Below are positions 9,676-19,089 of a DNA stretch of 64,000 bases, one piece after another. The position numbers and the translations under genes were made by a program. The notes beneath the pieces are model-generated. The model saw only the letters and a list, made by a program, of their open reading frames with translations, was not told the origin of the DNA and did no database searches. This DNA comes from Rubripirellula sp. (GTDB taxonomy: Bacteria > Planctomycetota > Planctomycetia > Pirellulales > Pirellulaceae). Where the stretch lies: positions 6,176,001-6,240,000 of the forward strand of contig OZ244207.1 in the NCBI GenBank assembly GCA_965216875.1, given 5' to 3'. Each line of letters starts with the position of its first letter. Within the stretch, counting starts at the first letter, position 1.

Positions 9676-11151
9676 TTACCAAAACCGCGTCAGCCACTTC
9701 CAAAAGGGATGATGCGCCATCGCCACGGTGAACAAGACCGCGGTCGGGCCAATCGCAAACTGGGCCTGCAACGCAGTTTGTCGAAAGCGACTCGAGCGAC
9801 CTCGCTTCGTCATGGCATTCCAAACCAACGAAGCGACGATCCAAAAGACTGCGATCGTGACGGTTGCCTGCCATCCGAGCGACACGCCGAGCAGAACAAA
9901 AGGCACTGGTGATGAAGTTCCAATTCCTAGACGGCGAGACCCCAGCGCGATCATCCACCCGACGATTCCCCCGACCACACAGGAGATGGCGCGGACGGCG
10001 ATGGGCGGCAATGAGTCAGCGATCTTGGTTGGAAGAAACTCGTCAAATGCGACCGGCAGCAACGTCGGAGCGACCACGGCAAGCGCAGTGAATAAGCCAA
10101 TCAACGTGATCGACGCACGTCTTGAGCAGCGCAAGCGATCCGTTTCCATCAACGCAAACACGACCAGGCAACTGAACATGAACACGTGGTAGAAGTAGAT
10201 GCCAATGACGGGCCACTTGGCATAGAGAATGATCCAAAGGATTCCGGCGAAATGGTAATGCTGGAAACTCGGTACATTCGCTGCCCCGGTCACTAGCTCA
10301 TACAAAAAGAGCGAGGAGAAGATGGTTCCCACAACCACTTCGACGGCAAAGTAGCGGACCGGGATCTGGACCTTGCATGCTCGACACCGCCCCTGCAAAG
10401 CCAGGTAGCTCATGATGGGCAGGTTATCGATGCGACGAATTTCGGTACCACACTTTGGACAGGCTGATGATCGAAGTGCGATGGACTCGCCCCGTGGCAG
10501 ACTCGATGCGACGACATTCAGAAAACTGCCGACGCATGCACCCAAGTACGCAAACAGCGAAAAGACAAACAGCTTTGCACTACGAACTCGTAGCAGTTCC
10601 CAAAAGGACATCTTCTCAACGACGAAACCCTCGGGGAGATCCTTTTGATGGCTTGAGAATCCGTCTGATTCGGGCCAAAGCAGCAAATAGACCAGCGCTG
10701 AACCGGCGACAATCACGACCGTGACGGCGCGCATCAGGCCGTTCATCCCCCCTCTTCCGATCACCATCACCACCTCTCTCATTGCGAGAAACGCAACGCA
10801 ACTGAGCATTGCCACGGGTGAGAAAAAAGGGAGTGGTGAAAGCCATTGACCGTCTGCCTGAGCGACGGCGGCAAGTCCTACGCCAACTGATAAAAGAACG
10901 ACCAAACGGACAAGGCCAGCAAACCGGTTGGAAAGGAGTGTTGCCAACGACACCAAACAAGTCGCAATCATGACGAAGGCTGGAAGCCCCGTTGAAACTC
11001 GCGTTGCCCAAATGATCGCGGTGCAAATGGTTGTGCTCAGCAAAACCAAACGCGCATATTCACCCAACAACGAGTTGTTGATGGGGTCGTAGGATGATCT
11101 CGACGTGCGAGCTTCCTGGAGCGCTAGTTGCTGTCCAGCAAAAACATTCAT
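9676..11151 (-). CDS. Prepilin peptidase A24-like protein (DiS-P-DiS domain) with N-terminal membrane extension
   Basis: GACVGSFLNVV...SACPKC...DNLPIMSYLALQGRCRAC...RYFAVE; ATG 11151 preferred over ORF start 11403. Confidence 0.8.
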   Translation of the reverse strand: MNVFAGQQLALQEARTSRSSYDPINNSLLGEYARLVLLSTTICTAIIWATRVSTGLPAFVMIATCLVSLATLLSNRFAGLVRLVVLLSVGVGLAAVAQADGQWLSPLPFFSPVAMLSCVAFLAMREVVMVIGRGGMNGLMRAVTVVIVAGSALVYLLLWPESDGFSSHQKDLPEGFVVEKMSFWELLRVRSAKLFVFSLFAYLGACVGSFLNVVASSLPRGESIALRSSACPKCGTEIRRIDNLPIMSYLALQGRCRACKVQIPVRYFAVEVVVGTIFSSLFLYELVTGAANVPSFQHYHFAGILWIILYAKWPVIGIYFYHVFMFSCLVVFALMETDRLRCSRRASITLIGLFTALAVVAPTLLPVAFDEFLPTKIADSLPPIAVRAISCVVGGIVGWMIALGSRRLGIGTSSPVPFVLLGVSLGWQATVTIAVFWIVASLVWNAMTKRGRSSRFRQTALQAQFAIGPTAVLFTVAMAHHPFWKWLTRFW

Positions 11152-11462
11152 GATTTTGGTCCGTTCCCAGGAATGGATCGACAAGTCGAATTCACAGGAG
11201 CGATGGCTTGTTCGTGACGTTGATTGTTTGCCAGGATCTGCTGTATCTGTAATCGAAAGGGCCAAAGGAGCCCTGACTGCGCGACGCGCCACCGATCGGG
11301 TTTGGTCGGACCGTGACCGATCACACGTTCGCGCAGCAGGACGCGTGTAGCATGCAGAACCAGGCGAGAACGAAACGCAACCTGTCCGTGTGAATGCGCG
11401 CATCGAATGTTCGCGAGCGCATCGGCAGACGATCTGGGTTGACTATTCAGTCGTGATGATGA

Positions 11463-11963
11463 TCAGACCAAGAGAGGTGGCCCACGCGGATGTGCCGCTG
11501 TGAACCATGGTTGAGGCTGGGAAAGAACGGTTGCGGTAACGACAACATCAACTGCCGTACCACAAACCTCGGGGATGAATCCCGTCCACTTCACACCAAC
11601 GGGGCAGGCCAACGATTGGCAAACCACGCAATCATCGGCGTCATGGTGGTGGTGAGAACCGCTCTGCTCGTGGTCGCCCAATCCGGTGGAAGCGGGGTCG
11701 CCCAATCCGGTGGAAGCGGGGTCGCCCAATCCGGTGGAAGCGGATTGAGCAGAGGAGCGAGCAGTTTCGTTGTCAGCGTCACCTTGTTGTCCGCCGTGAT
11801 GGTGACAGCAATGGCCGCAACTTGGCGCCGGCGCGTCTTCCTGTTCAAAAGCCGTAGCGCACGAGTCTTCACACGTTGCCACATGGATCCACGCTGGCAC
11901 GCGACCGAAGACGATCAGCAGGCAAATCGTGGCGGCGATGAAGGGTCGGATAACAGAATGCAC
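11463..11963 (-). CDS. DUF2946-like His/Cys-rich protein with C-terminal RGPP motif
   Basis: Signal/TM segment, CGHCCHHH, HHHHDADDCVVC, ends AHPRGPPLLV. Confidence 0.78.
   Translation of the reverse strand: MHSVIRPFIAATICLLIVFGRVPAWIHVATCEDSCATAFEQEDAPAPSCGHCCHHHGGQQGDADNETARSSAQSASTGLGDPASTGLGDPASTGLGDHEQSGSHHHHDADDCVVCQSLACPVGVKWTGFIPEVCGTAVDVVVTATVLSQPQPWFTAAHPRGPPLLV
11672..11743. repeat. Perfect tandem repeat, 3 x 24 bp (in frame, (ASTGLGDP)n)
   Basis: GGTCGCCCAATCCGGTGGAAGCGG at 11672, 11696 and 11720. Confidence 0.95.
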
Positions 11964-12124
11964 AGCACTGAAACGGCTACGAAAGACACCGGGTGCGGTC
12001 CGACCAAAAGACTTGCAAGAGTTACGATGACTACCCAGCGGTGGTTCGTCAAGTAACCCGAAGCCTCAAAGTCCTATTTCGTCGTCTCCGCACCTCCTTG
12101 TGCGATCGGCGAGCCTATTTCGAG

Positions 12125-12435
12125 TCACTCATGCGTTAAATAGTCAACCAACGCGTCAAACGCATTCAGATCGTATTTATTGAGGTAATCATCTTTTGAT
12201 TTTGGTTGAGACGAAAGTTTGACGACTGCGATCTTTCGGGTGGCATCAAGGTAGATCCACTGACGATGGATACCGATCGCCATGAACGCTTCTCTGCCCT
12301 TCGTGTGTTTGACCCACCACTGCCCTCGATAGCTCCACTCACCTTTGGCGTGAACGTAGTCATCAGAATCAGGACCGGTATCGAATGCTTCGATGCTGCC
12401 ACCTTTGGCAATCGTCCGAAGCACGTCCGAGGGAA
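12125..12435 (-). pseudogene. C-terminal remnant of a serine hydrolase (class C beta-lactamase / NylB-like)
   Basis: YRGQWW...AFMAIGIHRQWIYLD...AVVKLSSQP matches the family C-terminus; SxxK catalytic region absent. Confidence 0.68.
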
Positions 12436-12531
12436 AAGGCTGAGAGAGTCTGGCGATACCTGAAGGTTGAGTGGTTAGAGGGGGAACGCAGCCTCGTCCA
12501 CGATCTTCGAAGATGTCTCACGATTGAGAAG

Positions 12532-12617
12532 TACCCAGGACCGGACTCGAACCGGTACAGCCGCATTTGGCCGGGGGATTTTAAATCCCCTGTGTCTGCC
12601 AATTCCACCACCTGGGC
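12532..12617 (-). tRNA. tRNA-Leu(TAA)
   Basis: Acceptor GCCCAGG/CCTGGGT+A, D-loop GGAATTGGCAGAC, anticodon arm GGGGA-TTTAAAA-TCCCC, long variable arm, GGTTCGAGTCC T-arm; CCA not encoded. Confidence 0.96.
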
Positions 12618-12876
12618 ATGTTTCTTGAGGCGAAACATCGTTGGAAGCCGTCAACTTAATCCACTCATCACGGATAGCCAACCACTCGATTCTTGAAGGG
12701 CACTCTCCCGATGACAGTCCACCAGCGCGTCATGCGCATCATGACCTACTGACAGTCGCCGTGCGCTCGAGGTTCATCAAAAGAACGATTCCCCGCAACT
12801 CGTGTCATGCGACTCGTGTCACGGGGAATCAGTGTTGTTGCGGGGAACTTGTTACCGCTTCCTCGCCGTTGAAACT

Positions 12877-13911
12877 CTAACGGTTCAGCGCGATGCGGAA
12901 GTAGGCTCCGTCAAGGCTGATGTCATCGATCAGGTGCGCGTTTTGAGCTTCCATGTAGGCGTCGGTAAAGACACGCGTGTCGGCCAAGTTGAACCAGTTG
13001 GTCATCTCGTAGCCGCCAGCAACGCTGAACCAGTACTTGCCAAACTGACGTTGGAAGTTGATTCCAACATTCATGTCCAAGACGGGCGTCATGCGAGTCT
13101 CGCTAAAGGTCACGTCCGTTGGCACGCCAGGTTCGTCATCTGGAATGAAGACACGCGTGTCAACGGTTCCCATCATCATCCCCATGTTTGAACCGACGCT
13201 TAGCTTCAAGCTAGGGAGCAATCGCCAGATCAGATCGCCGCCAGCCATGATGCCGCCACCGCGGTATTCACCCGTCTTGAACGCGCTAAAGGGAACTTGA
13301 AAATCACCGCCGGTGTAGCGAGCTGTGAAGGCTTGGTCGACCGATGCAGCTCGTCCACCACCACCAAGTCGCAGCGACAGGCTATCGGTCAACACGAGGG
13401 TTTGCGCGAGCTCGACATCAAAAACTCGATAGTCGAACGCCTTGCCAGCCAAGACTTGTGTGGCGCGATCGTCGGGAGTGACATCGTTAACGTTGTCATC
13501 CGAGTCGTTGTTCTCGCCGTTGTCGCTCGAAACGAAAACACTGCGATGGCTACCAAGGCCAAGTTCGGAGTGCCAGGTGTCGAAGTCGGTGAACTGAAAC
13601 ATGAGCTCGGGCCCCTGTTTCATTCGCCGGCCGAGGGCAATTCGATACCCCGTGTCGTACTTGCCGCCAAGTGACAAGACCGATCCAACCGCTCCACGGT
13701 CTTGGACTCCGCCGATGTCTGTGATCGCATACTGATTGCCCGCTTCACGCACGCTCCAGTGAAGCACATCGAAAGAACCGACCCAACCGCCTGCGCCATC
13801 CGTGGCCAACGTCGACGCGTTGACGGGAAGGGTTGATTGCGAAATTGCAACCTGACTGAGACTAAGAGTTGCGACGAGCGCGCACGTGGCTGCAATAAAC
13901 CTACGAAACAT
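12877..13911 (-). CDS. Outer-membrane beta-barrel protein (Lpg1974/MOMP-like)
   Basis: Signal peptide MFRRFIAATCALVA; alternating amphipathic strands; GYEMTNW and terminal ISLDGAYFRIALNR. Confidence 0.65.
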   Translation of the reverse strand: MFRRFIAATCALVATLSLSQVAISQSTLPVNASTLATDGAGGWVGSFDVLHWSVREAGNQYAITDIGGVQDRGAVGSVLSLGGKYDTGYRIALGRRMKQGPELMFQFTDFDTWHSELGLGSHRSVFVSSDNGENNDSDDNVNDVTPDDRATQVLAGKAFDYRVFDVELAQTLVLTDSLSLRLGGGGRAASVDQAFTARYTGGDFQVPFSAFKTGEYRGGGIMAGGDLIWRLLPSLKLSVGSNMGMMMGTVDTRVFIPDDEPGVPTDVTFSETRMTPVLDMNVGINFQRQFGKYWFSVAGGYEMTNWFNLADTRVFTDAYMEAQNAHLIDDISLDGAYFRIALNR

Positions 13912-14387
13912 CCTTGCCCTCCCTGGCAAAAGAAGCGTTGTGTGGGTGGTCGTGAAACCTTCCGGCAAAACGCTGGCTTGAACGAACCTGTTCGAAAAAC
14001 CACGGCGTTCGCAATCTGCGGAAGTCGTGCCGAAGGATGGCAACATCCATGCTGCCGTTCTAACACGTTTTCGTTGCAGATATCGGATAGGCCCCAAGAG
14101 CTGAACCACCTTGTTCACGTCATGCACGCGAAACTCTGTCGCGACGCGCCAACAGCCCGCATTGAACCAGTCGTTCGGATTAATCCGAATCTCAGTAACA
14201 TTCCGTCAGCGAGCTTCAACCCGACTGCAACAACCGATGCACTCGCCAACTGACAAACACTCTCAGTCCCTGTGATCCTTCATCTCATTTGCTAAACGGG
14301 CGCAAGGCAATAGTCTGGTTGTTCGGATTGCTCCGGAAAAACTGGTCGCACTGACGAATCTCCACGAAGAACGCTGACGAGCTCGTG

Positions 14388-16007
14388 ATGAAAATCCAAA
14401 CCCGATGGCTCTTGATTTCGCTATTCGTATTCTCGAGTACCAGTGGGGCACCAGCGGACGAGCGGCCGAACATCGTCGTGATCATGGCCGACGACATGGG
14501 CTACTCCGACATCGGATGTTATGGCGGTGAAATTGAAACGCCCAATCTCGACCGGCTTGCATCACGCGGGTTGCGTTTCACGCAGTTCTACAACACCGGG
14601 CGTTGCTGCCCGACTCGCGCATCGCTGCTGACGGGGCTGTATCCGCATCAGGCTGGCATCGGTCATATGGTCTACTCAGATAAGGGGCCAGGCTATCGAC
14701 CCTACCTGAACGACAACTGCGTCACCATTGCTGAAGTCCTTGGCGACGCGGGCTATCGCACGATGATGGCGGGCAAATGGCACGTTGGTCACAAACCGGG
14801 ACAGTGGCCATCCGATCGTGGCTTTCAACATTTCTACGGCATTCATATCCACGTCGACAGTTACTTCAAAGTGCTCGGCGGATGTCCGATCTACCACAAC
14901 GACAGACTTGTGATCCCGCCAACGGCGAATCCCAAGAACGAGCTTCATCCTGACCAAGAATGGTACACAACCGATGTTTTCACCGATTGGTCCCTCAAGT
15001 TTCTTGGTGAGGCGGCTGATGATGAGCGCCCCTTCTTTTTATATACCGCCTACAACGCGCCGCACTGGCCGTTAGAAGCTCCCGACGATGTGGTTGCCAA
15101 GTATGAGGATCGGTACGCGGATGGATGGGACGAACTTCGCAAGACGAAGCTCGCGCGGATGAAAGAGATGGGCATGGTTGATTTGAAGACCGAGCTCTCA
15201 CCCTCCGGATGCCCCGAATGGGAGTCGCTGAGCAAAGACGATCGAGCTGAGCTTGAATTCCGTCGCCAGATTTACGCTGCGCAAGTCGACAGGATGGACC
15301 AGAACATTGGTCGCATCGTCGACAAGCTTGAACAACTCGGCAAACTCGACAACACGCTATTGATGTTTCTTTCCGACAATGGTTGTTGCGCAGAAGGAGG
15401 AATGTTCGGCTACCAGTGGAATAAAAACCGGCAAGACAACTTCGCAAAGTGGCGAAATCAGTCGGGCCGTTCAAGCAGCATGGGCGAGGCTTGGTCCAAT
15501 GCCTCCAACGCTCCATTTCGAATGCACAAACGATGGGTCCACGAGGGCGGCATTGCGACACCTCTCATTGTGCACTGGCCGAAGATCATTAACCGCGGTG
15601 GCTTGATGGTTCGTCAACCGGCGCATGTCGTCGACATCCTTGCAACGTGTGCCGATGTTGCAAAGGCGACTTATCCAACAAACCGCGAAGGTAACACCAT
15701 CAAGCATTCTCCAGGATCAAGCCTGCAAGGATCGTTCAAAACGCCAGACGTCGTGCGCAAGCGAACGCTCTATTGGGAACATGAAACCCATGCTGCGATA
15801 CGTCGTGGCGATTGGAAACTTGTCACGCTCAATGCAACAGACAGGAAAGCGTGGGAGCTCTACGATCTGAGCAAGCTGCGCACGGAAACCAATGACGTTG
15901 CCTCGCGCCACCCGCAGCTCGTTGATGAACTCGTCGACGATTGGACTCGATGGGCCAAGCGTACCAATGTGCTGCCGTGGCCCAAGGACCGCCAAAAAAA
16001 CAAATAG
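14388..16007 (+). CDS. Arylsulfatase (formylglycine-dependent, family S1)
   Basis: PNIVVIMADDMG, CCPTRASLLTG (CxPxR), GKWH, SDNG, ELYDL motifs; signal peptide. Confidence 0.95.
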   Translation: MKIQTRWLLISLFVFSSTSGAPADERPNIVVIMADDMGYSDIGCYGGEIETPNLDRLASRGLRFTQFYNTGRCCPTRASLLTGLYPHQAGIGHMVYSDKGPGYRPYLNDNCVTIAEVLGDAGYRTMMAGKWHVGHKPGQWPSDRGFQHFYGIHIHVDSYFKVLGGCPIYHNDRLVIPPTANPKNELHPDQEWYTTDVFTDWSLKFLGEAADDERPFFLYTAYNAPHWPLEAPDDVVAKYEDRYADGWDELRKTKLARMKEMGMVDLKTELSPSGCPEWESLSKDDRAELEFRRQIYAAQVDRMDQNIGRIVDKLEQLGKLDNTLLMFLSDNGCCAEGGMFGYQWNKNRQDNFAKWRNQSGRSSSMGEAWSNASNAPFRMHKRWVHEGGIATPLIVHWPKIINRGGLMVRQPAHVVDILATCADVAKATYPTNREGNTIKHSPGSSLQGSFKTPDVVRKRTLYWEHETHAAIRRGDWKLVTLNATDRKAWELYDLSKLRTETNDVASRHPQLVDELVDDWTRWAKRTNVLPWPKDRQKNK

Positions 16008-16119
16008 TCGACGCCCTGCGACTGAGAATCGGAGATTGAGAATGAGGGGCTGATGGTGCTTCGGGGATTGGCACTGCTACCCAGATGGATGGTATACGCT
16101 TGTCGCCGATTGCAAGAAA
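15977..16119 (+). repeat. Direct repeat copy 1 (~143 bp; includes the last codons of the sulfatase)
   Basis: Aligns with 18865-19009; 33-nt identical core CTGATGGTGCTTCGGGGATTGGCACTGCTACCC. Confidence 0.93.
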
Positions 16120-16182
16120 GGAGGGCAATTACGTAAAAAGGGAGCGCTGGGTCACCTAGGGCAGCAGCGACCTTCAACCATC

Positions 16183-16974
16183 GTGTGGGGTACCACGGTG
16201 TCGGGAAAAACTCGAACTTCCGATCTAATCTCATACACAATCGTGATCGTCGGATTCGGCGTTGCGATTTGGACGTTGGTGATTCGAGAGCCACCAACCA
16301 ACCCAATGACCGTCTACGCGCTGCGGATCTTTTTGTCGCTCGCAGCCGGGTTGGCAGCCAACATCATCACTGGCTCACTCGACATCAAGTTGCTCAAAGA
16401 GAACAACGAGATTCGTTCGACTGGAGCAATCGCATTCGCGTTGCTGACTTTCTACTCGGCCCCAACGCTGACGCCAACGCTTGACCCGATCAACGTACAA
16501 CGTGATCCACCCCGGATCATTAACGGGCAAGTTTGGACGATGAACAACCTGCTTCCTCCCCACGATTATCCGGAAGCGCAGCGTTCGCGCTGGGTTTTTG
16601 ACACTGTCACACTGATGCAACGTAAGGCAGCGTTGGAACCGATTCAAGGCGAGGGCAAAACGATCTACGCGATCGCCGAAACGCCGCGCATGGACGCCGC
16701 CTACCGTGCCTTCGAGGCAGAAGTTCGGACACTCCCTCCGCTCAGCAAATCGCGGCCTGGCGACCGGCACAAGATCCAAGCGTTTCTCGTGTCAACCGAA
16801 AAGCGACTTCACTCATACACACCGCTGACGCGGAAGTTTGATGAAATGACTCGTGAGCTATTCATCAATGTTCCCGAGTCACGTCCGGGCGATTACTTGA
16901 TGTTCATAATCGAGTTTCGATTCTCGGAAAAGACGCCCACACAAATCATTCCTTTCGAGCTGCGTACTAACTAG
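16183..16974 (+). CDS. Hypothetical membrane protein (2-3 N-terminal TM segments plus soluble domain)
   Basis: 263-aa ORF, first gene of a tightly spaced three-gene cassette. Confidence 0.7.
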   Translation: MWGTTVSGKTRTSDLISYTIVIVGFGVAIWTLVIREPPTNPMTVYALRIFLSLAAGLAANIITGSLDIKLLKENNEIRSTGAIAFALLTFYSAPTLTPTLDPINVQRDPPRIINGQVWTMNNLLPPHDYPEAQRSRWVFDTVTLMQRKAALEPIQGEGKTIYAIAETPRMDAAYRAFEAEVRTLPPLSKSRPGDRHKIQAFLVSTEKRLHSYTPLTRKFDEMTRELFINVPESRPGDYLMFIIEFRFSEKTPTQIIPFELRTN

Positions 16975-16985
16975 GAGTTAAACAA

Positions 16986-18044
16986 ATGGTATCGCTGCAT
17001 CAGATTCAGTTTGCGTTGATTGGCATTGTTTTGATCGGTATTACGAGGCCCGCCGAATGCACAGCAGAAGCAAGGTATTGGACGAACGAACAAACTCAGC
17101 AGCGTGTACTTGCCGAACTCGATCGAGTAGACCTGGAAACCCGAACGGTCTATTTCCTAATCAGTACGGGTGAGCAGAAGCACGCTTCACTCGGCGTCTT
17201 GTCCCAAGTTGATCTCGATTACATCCGTATAAACGGAGCTGCTGAGAATCAATTGGTATCGATGCTACAGAGCACAAGTACGGCACAGATCTCCGGTATC
17301 GTGTTTGACCGTGACCGAGATCCAACAGCTGGTGTGGTCGTTCGTGCCGTTAGTCAGCTTAATCCTGACGATGTCGTAGCGCGTGTGATCACTGGTGCCG
17401 ATGGCTCTTACAAACTTGACATTCCGCTGGATGATCGCGTCAGCATTGACCAGCTTCGCCTTGACTTTATTCCACCAGAGGGCATGGTTCCGGGAACGGA
17501 CGAGCAACTCAAGAGCGACCGTGTTCAAACGATCAACAAAGTGCTCGATGGCGTTCCAAATAGCAAGCCTGCTCGCGAGGCAGCGGTGGCCGATCCTCCA
17601 GCCAATGTCGAGAATGCTCAAGACAGCGTGGAGCGAAGTGTGCAAGCACAAGCGATTGCTGGCGCCGCTCCCGCAATGTCCGAGTCGGCTGCTCGCCAAG
17701 AGCTCAAGCAGATTTTTGATAATCTGCAAACGATGGAAGAGTTCCTTCAGCGAACAGAACTCAAAGACAAGTTTGGTGAAGATGACATCGCGTTACGCGA
17801 TCGGATCTTGCAATACCTCGAATCGGTTCAGGACTTGCCAGGGATTCAACCGGGGACGGGTCGAATATACGACAGCGTCAAAAGCAAGATTGACTACCTG
17901 CGTACCGAATACGACCTCGATCAGCCCGCAATGGCAGCCTCGCAAGTGTGTACAACCCGCACCGTTTGCCAGCCGGCATGCCGCCCAGTCTGTCGCACGG
18001 TGAAGCCTCGCCGATGTGGACTCTTCCGCCGCTGGTCAAACTGA
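16986..18044 (+). CDS. Secreted SHD1 + carboxypeptidase-regulatory-like domain protein with Cys-rich tail
   Basis: AGGAG RBS; signal peptide; RYWTN..VLAEL..V....G......L..LS..D.DYI (SHD1-like); ISGIVFD..PTAGVVV...TGADGSYKL. Confidence 0.7.
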   Translation: MVSLHQIQFALIGIVLIGITRPAECTAEARYWTNEQTQQRVLAELDRVDLETRTVYFLISTGEQKHASLGVLSQVDLDYIRINGAAENQLVSMLQSTSTAQISGIVFDRDRDPTAGVVVRAVSQLNPDDVVARVITGADGSYKLDIPLDDRVSIDQLRLDFIPPEGMVPGTDEQLKSDRVQTINKVLDGVPNSKPAREAAVADPPANVENAQDSVERSVQAQAIAGAAPAMSESAARQELKQIFDNLQTMEEFLQRTELKDKFGEDDIALRDRILQYLESVQDLPGIQPGTGRIYDSVKSKIDYLRTEYDLDQPAMAASQVCTTRTVCQPACRPVCRTVKPRRCGLFRRWSN

Positions 18045-18087
18045 TTTTGTAGTCCGCAACGATCCCGAATTCTAATCGTGTGATGTC

Positions 18088-18636
18088 ATGGCGAAGAAAC
18101 GCGCAACCAATCGACAGCGAGCAGCCCGCGAAGAAGACGCTGTTGAGGATCCTCAGGAGCTTGAGGAGGCAGTCGATCCAATCGACGGCCTTCCTGAGTT
18201 GACAATCAAACCAACCACGATTGTCATGGCGCTCTTCCTGGTTCCCACTGTCGGTATGTTGGCAGTGTTGTTGCTTTACTTGGGCACGGTTTCACCGCTC
18301 GTTGATGCGGGGACTGCGACCGAGTTATCGCTGCCGCGAAGCCTGGAGCTTGTCCGCGTGACATCGGTCTTGGTCGGTGGCCTGTCATTGTTGGTTACGG
18401 GAACCATGTTGATCAGCGTTGGTCTAGTCAGTCGTCCCCGAATCGTCGACGCCGACGAAGCGTCGCGTGAGGTCGAGATCGCGAAGGCGCGACAACGGGT
18501 CATCACCGCTGGCGTATTCGCCTCCTTTGTAGGAGGCGTTCTACTTTCAATCGGGTTGCTTGTCAAAATCGATCCGCCAACCTTGCCTAAGGCAGGATTG
18601 CCACAACCAACGATGCCAAAGACGCTAAGCCCCTAA
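18088..18636 (+). CDS. Hypothetical membrane protein (3 TM)
   Basis: Three hydrophobic segments; co-oriented with the cassette. Confidence 0.7.
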   Translation: MAKKRATNRQRAAREEDAVEDPQELEEAVDPIDGLPELTIKPTTIVMALFLVPTVGMLAVLLLYLGTVSPLVDAGTATELSLPRSLELVRVTSVLVGGLSLLVTGTMLISVGLVSRPRIVDADEASREVEIAKARQRVITAGVFASFVGGVLLSIGLLVKIDPPTLPKAGLPQPTMPKTLSP

Positions 18637-18864
18637 CAGGGTGAATCGTCCAACCAAGCAAACCCTTGTTTGAGGGGATAGGCATTTACTTGATGGGTTT
18701 GCGAAGAGACACGCAATGCGATACCCCGCGCGTGGTAAGACAGTACGGTCGCTGTCAAAACAGTTCGATTTAGCTGTGCGTGGGTTTCGATTCTTCATAT
18801 CGCGTCTGTACCCTGGATTTCGCGCTCAGATATCGTGCCTGTCCCCTGGCGACGCGGTACGGCG

Positions 18865-19009
18865 GTGGCCCAAGGAACGCCCCAAAAAAATAGTCGAAGC
18901 CATGCGACTGAGAATTGGGGATTGAGAATGAGGGACTGATGGTGCTTCGGGGATTGGCACTGCTACCCCGATTAAAAAATGGTACGCGTTTGTCGCCGAT
19001 TGCAAGAAA
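18865..19009 (+). repeat. Direct repeat copy 2 (~145 bp)
   Basis: Aligns with 15977-16119 with scattered substitutions and small indels. Confidence 0.93.
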
Positions 19010-19089
19010 AGGAGCAAGCGGTCGAAAGCTTCACTTTGGCTGGCACAAGTGATTGAAAAAGTGCGCTGCAAGTTGCTCGTTTCGGGATC

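Noticed and set aside
12532..12555. attL/attR duplication of the tRNA-Leu 3' end
   Set aside because: No second copy found by eye within the window
16068..16085. Sigma-54 promoter (TGGCAC) inside the direct repeat
   Set aside because: No TTGC at the -12 position
15977..19009. DGR template/variable repeat pair or integron attC sites
   Set aside because: No reverse transcriptase or integrase nearby; the copies differ by indels and by non-adenine changes; no attC-type inverted core sites recognised
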